DNA of 41,140 nt from Atractiella rhizophila. Taxonomy: Eukaryota. Position 1 is the first letter of the stretch, and each line of letters begins with the position of its first letter. Made by a program: the position numbers and the translations under genes. Positions 23,529 through 35,786 of the stretch are shown one piece after another. The stretch covers positions 1 through 41,140 of the forward strand of contig MU271528.1 in NCBI GenBank assembly GCA_021432655.1. Reading direction: 5' to 3'. The notes under the pieces are model-generated. The model was given only the letters and a program-made list of their open reading frames with translations. It was not told where the DNA came from and searched no databases.

Positions 23529-24379
23529 TTGTTCACTGGTCAAGACTGTGGAGCATACTTACTTTCACACTCCTCCTCGATCGTAACAACAGTCTTTCTG
23601 TCGCTTACCCCAATCGCATTCTTTTGTTCATATGGCAGCCCTCTCCTGTCAGTGTTACGTGAGGCCCTTGCCGCAAAGAGTGACATCGACATGAATGATA
23701 AGAACAGAACAAGAGAGGTTTTTGGGAAAGCTTAGGGAACTGGGAGATGACGACTCCACTCATTCGCCTTCGAATGCCTTTGAATCCCAAGACTCTCCTC
23801 CTCGGATTGGCTTACATTGACACCCAACCACTTCCACAAGATTGGTTTATGGGCTTGCAAGAATGCGAATTTTTCATCGAACTCGATTCAATAGATATTG
23901 TTACATCGCAGCCCACCGCACCTTCGTTTGGACACTGTCCCTCATTATCATTCCATTCTCCCTCCTAGTCATCTTTCTTCTCGGCTCCACCAGAACTCTC
24001 TCGTATCTTCAAGTCTTTCAATCACATGGCTTTGGAAACGACGATGCATACCATACGTTCTGGATGGAATCCTTCCGGCTCTTCCACCTTGTCAAGAAAT
24101 CTCTCCAACACTTGTACCTTCATGGCTATTCTACAACAACTGTATCGACATCACTTCGTCACTCCACTCCTCCCACGTTTACTCACGCTCAAAATACCGA
24201 CAAACTTCATCCGAAGCCTTCTCGATCCTTTCCCACATCTTCCCCTTTCATCACGGGTGATCAAGTTGTGGCCATCCCACGTCGAAATAATGAACGGGAA
24301 ATTGACCCTTGACAGTTGGTATCTGATCACTGACCGGATACGACCGGTATTCGACAACCTGCAAGTTCAAGCACTTTAA
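23529..24379 (+). pseudogene. Possible degenerate LRR-like gene remnant
   Basis: Fragmented frames with LxxLxL-like stretches (TLSYLQV, SLQHLYL); no coherent splice model found. Confidence 0.25.
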
Positions 24380-25499
24380 AAGCAGTTCGGATGCCTTTGT
24401 GTCCATCGACGAGGACGTGAATTTCCTCGGGGTCGCACAATCCTAAAAGTTAACCATCAACATCCTATCATTTGACGTCCTGGACGTCTCCTCACGTCAG
24501 GTAAAACGATTCTTGAATTCCATGACCATGAGATGGACATCATAGGGAACTTCCATGCAGGAATCTGAAATACCCAACGGCGGACGAATTTGAATGTGGC
24601 TCCTTCTCTTTCAACAAAGGCACTTGTGCCGCCAAACGCCTCCAGTTTAGATTCCATACCCAGCACAACGCAAGGAAACGATCCGCTGTGGTGGCGGCTA
24701 TGGAGAGGTAGTAACACTTTTTCGCACTGCACCTTCGACCGATCAGTTGGAAAACAATTGCAGGAATTCCCTCCAGCTTTAGTCGCGATCCATTGTCGCC
24801 AAAAGAATGGCACGACTATAAGACTTTCATGGTGCGACTTGAAAAGATAACGTTTTATCTCTACCGGTTTTGAGACTCTCCAGGTCGTCCTTGACTACAC
24901 TCATGGACCTTGGCCTCGCTGGGCTTCAAACCGACACACCCTCCTCCTCCCCGCGCCTCCGTTTCTTTTCCGATCTCCGTGATCTGTGCTCCATTCAAGG
25001 AAGTCTCGGCCCTTGTCGAACGTTTTGCGTTCTGGAGGCCAACAGATGTAGATGCATAGGAGGAAGGGTCGCTCTGCTTTGTGGACGTTTGTTTTGTTGC
25101 CATCTCTATGCATTGACGGGCGCTTGTTTTTGTGGTTAGTGAAGACGGACCAACGGTCCACTGGACACAAGATTTACGGTACTGTATCTGCGACTGTTTG
25201 TACTGTAAAACATGGCAGAATTCGCTCTTCTTCGACCCTTGACAGGACTGTTACGGCAACCTCAATCTTATACTCTACAAGTGGCGCGGCTATCTGCGAT
25301 GTGACCCCCGGTCGCCTTTAGCGCAGGAGACTGAGTTCCTCGGCTGAAAGGGCAACATCTCCTTATATTTCTAGCGATCTCGGTCGATGCAGTCATGACC
25401 TACAGTCTGTATCATCGCGTATGGAGCTGTAGCGGATCGTCGCCTTAAGGCAGAACACATATAGTAAGATATCTCTTTCTCGAAAATACAGATTTCTCT

Positions 25500-26635
25500 A
25501 TGGCTTCCCTCCTCCTGGGTCTTAGCGATGACATTCTTTACCTCATTGCAGCCAGGATAGGGATGAAGTGGCTGAAAAATCTGTCGCTTTGCAACCGTCA
25601 GCTTCGGGATGTTTCTTCATCTCTGCTTTTCAAGCATATCCATCTTCGTCAAAGGTGTGCAATAACGGATGAAATAATCAGAGCGCTGATTGCTCATGCT
25701 GGAAAATCTGACTTTCCAAGAACGGTCTTGTTGGTTGTGTTCAAGTTTCAGAGACTCTTCTGACCATTGTTTAAGATCGTTGCACTTGGAATTCTTCTCG
25801 TCATCTACTCATCATGACGCTTCTTTGGCGCACACGACTCTTTGGTCAGACGTTCTGTCCCTCCTCAGCATCTTTCCTCGTCTTTCCTCCCTAGAACTCA
25901 ACATCTGTGAGCGATGCTGTGTTCTACCAACCCATTTAGGCGCCACACCCTTGCCAACTTCATTTCCAACGTTCCCAACTGTCAACACAATCGCAGCACC
26001 ACTTTTCTTGACTCCCGTCTTGCAACATTTTCCAAAAGTCAGAACACTGAATATGAAAAACGTCTTCTCTTTTCGCCGGGACCAAATCACTCTTTCGTGG
26101 TTGGACGCTGCTCTCGGTCTGCCAAATCTACGCGACCTGAGATTGGCGGAAGTGTGGAACGAGGAGCTCACTCAGTGTACTCTCTATTTCACAACCAGGT
26201 CACTTCTTCTCACTTGCCACGCAGTGGTTTGTACCCTCTTACCTCGGTTGGAGACGCTCGGTGTGTACGGAAGATCCGAAAACGACTTAGAGGTGAGCGC
26301 TGGACCTACATGTCTATGGTCCGAACCTGTTTTCAGCGGGACCATAGGATTTATTACCACACATCGCAACGCTCTCACGGCTCAAGACTTTGTGCTTTTC
26401 AGATTTGAACGATCTCGTTCCATCAGGTTATTATTCCGACGCTTTCAACTGGGCTGCTGCCTGGGTCCATAGCTATCAGATAGATCACAAGGTTGGAGCC
26501 TGCTTTGCGAAGAGAGTTCTGCGGGACATTGTGAGTCTGGAGAGAGTGCACGTTGGGTCTCTACTGCAGGTATGTCGGAGCAGGAATGGAAGTTTTCTAT
26601 GCTTCATTGATGGTGTTGAAACATTAGTCTTGTAG
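25500..26635 (+). CDS. F-box-like / LRR protein (4 exons)
   Basis: N-terminal LLGLSDDILYLIA...LKNLSLCNRQLRDVSSSLLFKHI; LRR-like FPRLSSLEL, LPNLRDLRL, LPRLETLGV, LSRLKTLCF; three short GT-AG introns join the frames. Confidence 0.8.
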
Positions 26636-27993
26636 ACCTGAATTTTCCTGAAGCCAGAGCATTTCCACTATTCCACTATCTTCTACTTTACTATGCATCA
26701 GCGCAGATATCATGGCATCTGCTAGTAGTGTGCTCCAGTTAGATATCTGCATCATCTATATCGAATTTCATCTATCCTTTGACTCACACCTTTGAACGAG
26801 TCTCCCAATCAGAAGTGCTTGAATCCGTTGATTTGGGCAAGGGAGATAGGATTTACTGCGTGGAAACAGGAGCATTACTGTTGGGAAACATTGCCACATC
26901 ATCCAAACATGACATGAAAATTCCAAAGACAATAGACTGTTTCATATTCCTTGATTGAACTGGGGCGACCCCGACTTTTCTCGTATTCTGACAGGCATCG
27001 ACAGCCAATTGAGTGATGGACAAACCGCAGAAAAGACAACTGACCCAGGGCCAAACTTCATCAGTGCTATCACTGGTACAAACATTGCCAACATAATGAT
27101 GGCAAGAGCAGTGGTTTGTACCCTCTTACCTCGGTTGGAGACGCTCGGTGTGTACGGAAGATCCGAAAACGACTTAGAGGTGAGCGCTGGACCTACATGT
27201 CTATGGTCCGAACCTGTTTTCAGCGGGACCATAGGATTTATTACCACACATCGCAACGCTCTCACGGCTCAAGACTTTGTGCTTTTCAGATTTGAACGAT
27301 CTCGTTCCATCAGGTTATTATTCCGACGCTTTCAACTGGGCTGCTGCCTGGGTCCATAGCTATCAGATAGATCACAAGGTTGGAGCCTGCTTTGCGAAGA
27401 GAGTTCTGCGGGACATTGTGAGTCTGGAGAGAGTGCACGTTGGGTCTCTACTGCAGGTATGTCGGAGCAGGAATGGAAGTTTTCTATGCTTCATTGATGG
27501 TGTTGAAACATTAGTCTTGTAGACCTGAATTTTCCTGAAGCCAGAGCATTTCCACTATTCCACTATCTTCTACTTTACTATGCATCAGCGCAGATATCAT
27601 GGCATCTGCTAGTAGTGTGCTCCAGTTAGATATCTGCATCATCTATATCGAATTTCATCTATCCTTTGACTCACACCTTTGAACGAGTCTCCCAATCAGA
27701 AGTGCTTGAATCCGTTGATTTGGGCAAGGGAGATAGGATTTACTGCGTGGAAACAGGAGCATTACTGTTGGGAAACATTGCCACATCATCCAAACATGAC
27801 ATGAAAATTCCAAAGACAATAGACTGTTTCATATTCCTTGATTGAACTGGGGCGACCCCGACTTTTCTCGTATTCTGACAGGCATCGACAGCCAATTGAG
27901 TGATGGACAAACCGCAGAAAAGACAACTGACCCAGGGCCAAACTTCATCAGTGCTATCACTGGTACAAACATTGCCAACATAATGATGGCAAG
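26221..27993. repeat. Tandem duplication of an 886-bp unit (26221-27106 and 27108-27993)
   Basis: No differences in the stretches compared by eye; period 887 with a single A at junction 27107. Confidence 0.95.
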
Positions 27994-30502
27994 CGAGGAG
28001 TCGCTCCATTGAAATCCTACTTTTTCGCCGTACCGCAAAGCCTATGAAATCTTTAGCTCAGTTATGAACGAAGGGCAATTATGTCACACCCAAAACGAAA
28101 CCTGTTGTCAAAAATTAAGAGCAGCATCGACCATAGCATGATGAACGTACAGTCATGGCTAGCTCTTGTCGGACGAAGTTTAGGATCTGAGCACACTCTC
28201 CAGCTTGAGGTTTATAACAATCCTAGATCAAATGTTAGAGGACGAGACGAGACATCTTCATAGCCATACCGTAACTAGAAGCAGAGTCAAATTGAGGATA
28301 TTTTTGATCATGAGATACTCACGATACGAGTAGGCAGGAGTGGTGACAACTTGGACTGCAAAACAAGTGATAGCCTTCATTCGCTGTCAGATCAAAACAT
28401 GGCAGCACTTCGAGAAAACTGACCGCTCCAGCTGCCGGACCTGTTGTTTATTTAATGAAAGTAGGCAAAGTAATGATAAAATAACGGACCAGCAACGGAA
28501 ACACGATCGCTGAAGTGTATGCACACTCCAAAAATGATCAACCCGATTGGAAGGAGGATTGCACCTGTAGCCAAGGAATGCTCGAATCCCTCGGGAACCA
28601 ACTCAGAACAAATGCTGACCAGGCCACATCCCTAAATGAAATGGAAAAACTAATCAGTGGGCATCTCCCAAAAGTGAAAACGTCCTACCATAGAGTCTCC
28701 ATTCAGGAATTACTTTACCTTCGTTTCTCTTTCTGTAGGTCGCCATTAAACGATCAATGACTGGACCGGCGACGAGCTCGCCAGCAACGCCTCCAATAGT
28801 GGTGCTGAGCGACAGTACCAATCCACTGTACAGTAATTAGAATGGAGGACAATGAGAGAAAGAAGAAAAAGACGAACGTTCTACCGGCTTTATATCCGTA
28901 GAGCTCATGAAACAGCTTTGCACACGTAAACGCTGGCATAACCCTATAGACATGTTAGTAAACTGCTTGAAAGGTCAGGAAACTGCTTATGAACGATCCC
29001 AAGGCAAAAACCGCGCCGTAGTAGAATCCTGTGAGCAAAGCTTGGTGTGAAAAGAGTCAAAGGGGGAGAGAGCGCGCACCGATGATAGGAACAACAGGAT
29101 AGCGAAACATCACAAACGGATGTAGGCACTGTTTTAGTTGAAACTGACGTCCCGGTTGTTTGAGAGGCAGAAGAGAAAGACGTCGGGTGATCGCCTTCCG
29201 CATGTCTTCCTTAGAAGGTCGATTGGGAAACGTCGGCGTTAGAGGGTGCCCGCGAACGTAAAGCGTTTCGGGGAGAGCAAAAAAAGCGATGAGCACCAGA
29301 ACCGCCTGGAAGATTGCTGGGAGATAAAGTGTCCACTATCGAACGAGTAAGAAGATTCCTTCGGTCGGGGTTCTACGCACTCGCCAGCCTACATACTTCA
29401 AATGTACCATGAGCAGACAGCACGGCGTTCAGGAGAATAGCAGTCTTACTTGAGCGATGTAACCACCTGGTAAGGAAGCCACGTGCGGTCCATTCGTGAG
29501 AAACACGGTGAAGAAACCAATGGTTTTCCCCCTCTCGTGCACTGTGCACCATTTGAACATTAGCATTTGACTGAGGAAGGATACGCACGGAAAAATAGGT
29601 CTCCAACGATGCTGACTGAACTCCTAAATGTCACATCCTGGTTCTCAGACGAAGAGGAAGTATACCTCCGAGAGCATTCAGTGCGCTGACAAGGAGCCCC
29701 GTGAATGCCTGGGTAGCCATCTTTAGTTCCGATACTTCCTTAAAGCAAGGAACAACGCACTCGTCCAACAATGAAAGTCCCATAGGTTGTAGCACGACCT
29801 GATCCTACCGTTGCGGCAACACTCGCTAAATATGTAAAAAGAATCACGGGACGGCGTCCGTAGCTGCAACAAGCTTTTAATTGGATGTAGTTGTGCACAG
29901 GTAGAACGTACGCATGTGCTAACGGGATCCAGATAAACGAGCCAATACCAGCTGTCGCGACGGAGACCTAAGTTGCGGACATGATATTAGTAACGGAATC
30001 GAACGGCCAGAGTCAGCTACGCACAGTCGCTGGATAGCTGGCCTCAATGGTCGATACTCCAAAAGCTTGTCCAATAAGAACAAAGGCTGGATTCTGTAGA
30101 AAGCGTGCTCGGCCCTTAGTTCAGTTGAGGAGAGAGCAACGAACTCCAACGGCCAGATTGAAGGCAGATGCAAAGGCCATGACAGAAACCTGAGAGATCC
30201 AAATGACAATGGGGATTATACAACAAGAACTGACGGACCAGGGTCAGTATTGTCCATTTCCTCGCTTGGGTCCAGTTCAAAGGGTCTGCTGGATCATTTG
30301 TGGGCTGCGGAATCCTGAGTTATGCTTAGCGTCCCGCTTTAATGAATCAATGAACTACTCACAAGGGGAGGCCTCCAGAATCCAATCGAATGTCTTGTTT
30401 AGCCTGGATTGGAGCATCGTCAAAGTGCTGCGCCTTTTCTTGAAATTTAGAATCTGAAGAGTCCCTCCGCTCACTGTTGTTTTCGGGCGTTGGAGGACTC
30501 AT
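27829..30502 (-). CDS. MFS transporter, DHA1/HOL1-like
   Basis: ATG 30502 MSPPTPENN; IPQPTNDPADPLNW, YGRRPVIL, FFALPETLY, FVMFRYPVV, C-terminal IREKSGSPQFNQGI*; many short introns. Confidence 0.88.
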
Positions 30503-31160
30503 TGTTGTGTTCGACTCGAAACAATGCACCGCGCCAAAAGATTGTCATCGTGGGCATGTCGACCTTATAAGCGAAGAAGATTGCTTGATGCAAAGTTTTG
30601 CCTGAATCAAATGCAGACACGGAGATCTTCTCCACACTTCCTCCAGAGTTGCAAACATTCGACGCTAAAATTAGCGGGGAGCTCCTTTCAAGATCTTGGC
30701 AGAAGAGCACGGCCGGCACTGAGAGGTGCTGGAAGAACCTTCGTCAGAGCGGGCGCGACGACATGGTCGAAGACAATGGACGCCGCGAGAGTCTAAAGTA
30801 TCCGTCGGTAAAATCACTTTCCCTTCCAACTATACATGAAGCTGGAGCTGAGCAGACGCTATCAAGCCGTAAAGAACCAGGAGACAGATCAGAGTTACTA
30901 GGTAAACTTAAACCAAGGCAGAAGGCTCACTCGTTATGCGTCAAGGAACAGTATAGGAAGAATATACCAAATGAATGTAAATGAAACCGGACAAGTCTGG
31001 TTGTGCGGTCTTGTGTCTCGCACCCAAAGACCACATTCCAGTCAACCATTTCATAGAACGGACTACGCACACCCTCAGGAAGCACTCGATTTCTCGAACT
31101 GGACAGTTGTACGGCTCCTCTCAAGCCGCACCAATAACGTTTTATAGTCTACCCATGCCT

Positions 31161-31475
31161 CTACACACAAGGCAACATCCTCAAAGTCTTCTGGCAAAGC
31201 AGGGCCAAAAGTAACTCCTTCCAACTGATCAGTCCAAGGTGCAGCAAGAAGACATGATAGTAGCTGGTCTCGAACAAGGCTTCGCTTTCGTCTAACACCG
31301 TAAACCAATCTCGGAGACGTTGCTGGGTATTGAAAGCTGATCGGACATGGAGAGCCTTGAGATTCGAGGGCAATCTGAGGCGAAAACCGGGCGTCCCTAG
31401 CGTGATATCTAGTTCTGTAAGATATACCCCAAGATCTCCAACACTTCTCTCAAGCCTCTCACCTGTTCTTGTCAT
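31161..31475 (-). pseudogene. Possible LRR-like gene fragment
   Basis: YLTELDITL..LPSNLKALHV; no complete gene model. Confidence 0.25.
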
Positions 31476-32480
31476 TCATGTGCTGCGGGTCATGACTTTT
31501 CACGAGCAAAACCTTCATGAGGGAACGACGGGATGAGGGCTGTCGTATGAACAAAAGAATGGGATCGATGTTAAGATCGTGGGGTAACGGGACAGTATGC
31601 TCCATCGCTTGTTGATGAGTGAGCAAGGTTGGACGTGAGCGCTGGAGGGGACGAGTATGTGGGCCAATTGATCAATCGCTGTTGGTGACCTATGTGCAGC
31701 AAGGATTTCGAAGATTTGAAGCAGCAGTTCGGAAGGAAGGGGTTCAATCGTTGCTACTAGAATATCAGAAATTCTGCAAAAGCGTTGTTATTTCCATACA
31801 ATTCTTAGAAGTGGAGTGAGCAAGCAAATACGTGTCGTGGAGATAGGTATGTCACTGTCCTCGAGCTTCAGAAATATTTGCAGCTGAGATGATTTGACTG
31901 ATTTGACTCGTCGAACTTGTTTTAAACCCATGGTTCCACTGTTTCGAGCAGCACCAACTTTTTCTGTCCCACTGCCACTTCCGTGTAGGGTCAGTGGGGC
32001 AATCTTTCTTTCTTCTTTCTTCTTTCTGTCAATTCTCAGCGACGTTGCAAGTCTGAAAATTCAGCACGAATGTCAAAGGCACCACGATCAATTTCAAGGC
32101 TCAAAACTTTGGCGTGGGAGCTTTGAACTGCTTGAAAGCTCCTCTGCGGGGATTGGACAGTCCTTGAAGCTGGGAGAATGCTCGTAAGGACCTTAGTTCC
32201 AACTTCCAACGCACACTTGCTTGCTTTATCAATGGAGACGTCAGGTGGCCTGAACGTCTGACAATCTGAGAATCATGATGGGAAATTGAATGGGAAACAT
32301 TACAACTTAAACGAGCTCTACGCGGTTAGGATCGAATGTAAAATAAAGAAGAAGATGCCCAAAGCGGAGCGCAAGGAGAGTTAGAGCTCAGCTGCTACTG
32401 CAGCAACTGCATACTTGTGTACTTGATCGGTATGATGTTGCGGAAGAAAAAGAAAAGCGACATAGCTGTCTGGTGAGGTG

Positions 32481-35028
32481 CTACACTTGAAATGCAGCGA
32501 CTTGCCTATTTGCGCATCAGCATTATGGCAACGAATAGACCAGATACTTACTCAGCATGGGCGAAGTGACCCATCTCTACATGAAGTTGTTGAGGGGGAA
32601 CAAGCGTGGAGAGAGTGCAGTTATGATCTTCGTACATCTCAAAATCGCCCCAACGTTCCTTGCTAGGCAAGCAGCTGGCTGGGTCGACCAATAGATTCAG
32701 AAGAGGAATGGTGATGGTCGCAGCTGCCTTCCAATCTCTGGTGCACTTCCTCAACATCGTTACGGACCTCCTGCACATGCCTTCAATTCTTGCCGTTTCT
32801 CCAGGAGCCCCTGCTAGCATTCCAAATTTTTCACGTTCTCTTCGAACTGCCCATTCCCGTATTAATGTTCGCAGAGAAAGCGCGATCCCCCACAAACTGT
32901 AGACGTTGAGCGCATGCCGGTTTCCATCGATATTGTCCTTAAAAAGCTCTAAAACGGCAAAGACGTTCAAGGCCGCATCGTAGCAAGTTCGCATAGCTGT
33001 TGATGTTGGAGAGAAAGAGAAGAAGGGTGCATGGAGGAAGATTAACGAACCGCACAGGATGGTGTAGGCAGGGAAGAGGTATGCCAGTCGCATAAGGTCC
33101 GAACCCACGAGATCTCGAGGTGACAGAGAACATAACGATGGGAAGTCGTTGGGGAAGTTTGCAATAGCCTTGCGGATTGTACTATCCAGCCATAAAAACT
33201 TGGGACTTTCGGAAGGCACTAATGAGAAGGGCAAGGTGAGAACAACGAACAAACCTGGAGCGCAAAGCATGATAACTGCTTGGGCCAAGCTCCCTAACTT
33301 CCCAATTCGTACCTATGAGACAAGGATTAAACCTTTGTAGGCATTGTAGAGCACCCAAACACGCACGGGTGACAAACTCCGCAAGAGAACTGGCGAGCCA
33401 GAACGACTTATAGAAGACGTGCTCGCTATGCAATCCTCGGAACGGATTTTCATCTTGCAGAAAGCGCGATTCACGAGCGAGGATGGAGCTGGCGGGCAAG
33501 CTTCGATGGAGCCAAGGAAGCGGACACGTTATGTCCTCTGTTCTCCTGTTAGACGTGAGCTGCAAAGAATCAAAGTAAGTGCACCTTGCGACAAACAGCT
33601 TGCCCAACAGGTTATAGCTCGACAATACGTTTCTGTGGCGAAGAGAAGCCAGAACGTCGAGGAACTTTCATGAATGAGCTCTGCAATCACGGCAGAAATA
33701 ACGCGGCTCACGAATAATACTGTTCCTGTCTTTCCTCCTCAGAACGAGCTAACGGTGGTTGCTGGTGCAATCCAATCATCACAGCTAATCTCATGCCTGT
33801 GCAAAGTATTAACGCAAGAATTTGACAGGGCCTATCAATGACATACCTATCCCTCCGAATAACTCAACTGCCCAACGATTCAGACTGAGTCGAAGGGGTT
33901 GACGAATTCACTGACCTAGAGCCCAGCGCTCATCCTGAACGTTGCCTCATCAGTGAGACGCAGTACTATCAAACCAAACTCGCCATATGAAGGAAGAAAA
34001 GGCACACGAGGGCCGCTTTGGTGAGATCTAGTGCTTCAGTCTTCGAAAGGTTTTCGAGGTTCGAAAAAATCCTTTTTCTCAGATGCCGCAAATGCCACTC
34101 ATAAACAAACTGTTTCCGCATCTCCTCGCCACACCTCCTCTCCCTCTCTCCGCCTCCTACCTCGTCGAAAAAGAACTCAAACCATTCGACCGTGCTTCGA
34201 GCAATGAGATTCTTTTCGGTTGGAATCGTATCCCAGTACATTTTCCCCCCGCGGAGAGCTAATAAATCTGTGTGAGACATGGCGAACGCTCCATGAAGAC
34301 AGATAGAGTGGAGTAGTGCTGTCGATGGGAAGTGATGTGCCTCGGACCCATGGGAAAGAGCGATGAGAAGGTTGGTGAGCGATAGTATGCTGTGAAGATA
34401 CGGTGTGGCTGAAAAAGCCTTCTTCACAAGGACAATGGTTATCTCTGGGGTAGGGAGGTCGGAAGGCCAACTGAAGTGACGAGGAGCAGGTGGGAGGACT
34501 TGCTCCAGATCACTGGCGCTAAATTCTGTTGTCATTGGTTGCGAAACGTGAAACTTGGCGACATTCAGCTCTTGCTGGAGGTCCTCTATCCATCACATTA
34601 AATCACTGAAAAGAAGCTGAGACGTGAGCATACCTAACCGCTCCTCCAGTATTCGACATAGCTCCTCATCCTCTTCTAAGTCATCCTCGCTCATACAATC
34701 CTCATCGGCGGCACCTGCAATAGTTTTCTCCTTGCCGCGAACATATGCGGGCTTTTTCCCCCTTTGCGCGTTATAGGCACACTCATCTGGTGCTGCAAGC
34801 CTCGAGCATGGACCGCCTCGTTCACATGTCGATCGATCAGCTTACTGACGGTGATGAAAGGAGAGTCGGCTTACATGGAGTGCCACCATCGCACCGCACC
34901 TTGCGTTTTCGGCATACTGTACCCGTCTGGTTAGAATGGCCCAAGTTCTACGAATGGCATGACCAACCGTTGCAAGCTTCATTACGCGGGAGAGTCACCC
35001 TTGCTCGACTCTTGTTGGATTTGTTCAT
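32481..35028 (-). CDS. Zn(II)2Cys6 (Gal4-like) transcription factor with fungal TF middle-homology region
   Basis: Spliced N-terminus ACNVCRKRKVRCDGGTPCGPCSRLAAPDEC (two introns inside the cluster); downstream exons 33969-34535 and 32548-33288; last exon QVAAFQV* ending 32481. Confidence 0.88.
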
Positions 35029-35786
35029 GAATCCTGTATGGAGATTTAGCACACGAATCACACACGGAAGCATCCAAACATGATCGAGAAACCGCCTTCA
35101 ATACATGAGAGCCCCGAGCATCGTCGCTGGAATCCAGGACACGTATAATATGAGTTCAAAATTATAACAATTCATGCTCGGGCTTCCCGTGGAACTAGCT
35201 CTTGTCAGGTCATGAAGGAGTCGCGGCAGATCTGACTACGTCTTTTCGGAATCGCCATATCCTTTGAATACGTTGAAATATCTCAACGCCGTAGAGAGTT
35301 ACTCAACACAAATGAACAATTTACAGGCTTCAACAGGAATAACGTGCTCAAAACAGTGGCCCTGGCCCATCGAAATAGGAGCGGCGCACCTCTTCGTTGA
35401 TGAGATTCCTCAGGCTTGTGACCAAGTGCCTAAATTGCAACAAATTCTGACTTGTCCTCCTTCCTGCTTATTCTAATTCTCGATCCAGCGACAACATTCG
35501 CTGAACACTTGCAACATTCGCCTTGCACCATTTCTCAATTTCAAATTTCGAGGACAAGCATGCTCTTGTTCTTGTTTTACTAGTACAGGTGAGCTACGTG
35601 ACAAATGAGAAATACGAAGGCATGATATTGTTGATGCGTAGTACAGTAGGCTTGAGGTACATTTCTCGATGAGATAAAGACAATTCCAACTTCTAACTTC
35701 CGAATACAGGGAACAGCGAACAAGGCACATAAATCAGCTTCAAACACTATGCGAGGCACGCCATGCGCCTAACTGGTTCATTCAGC

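Noticed and set aside
26703..26750. GCAGATATC..GATATCTGC inverted repeat in the convergent 3' region
   Set aside because: Only a 9-bp stem built on a palindromic core; compatible with chance
26942..27359. Novel fusion ORFs 26955-27359 (+) and 26942-27265 (-)
   Set aside because: Created by the duplication junction; they read through introns and antisense sequence
35110..35184. TPP riboswitch-like words on the minus strand (TGAACT..CTGGA..CCAGCG)
   Set aside because: Lacks the UGAGA and UGAU core and correct spacing; the adjacent gene is not evidently thiamine-related
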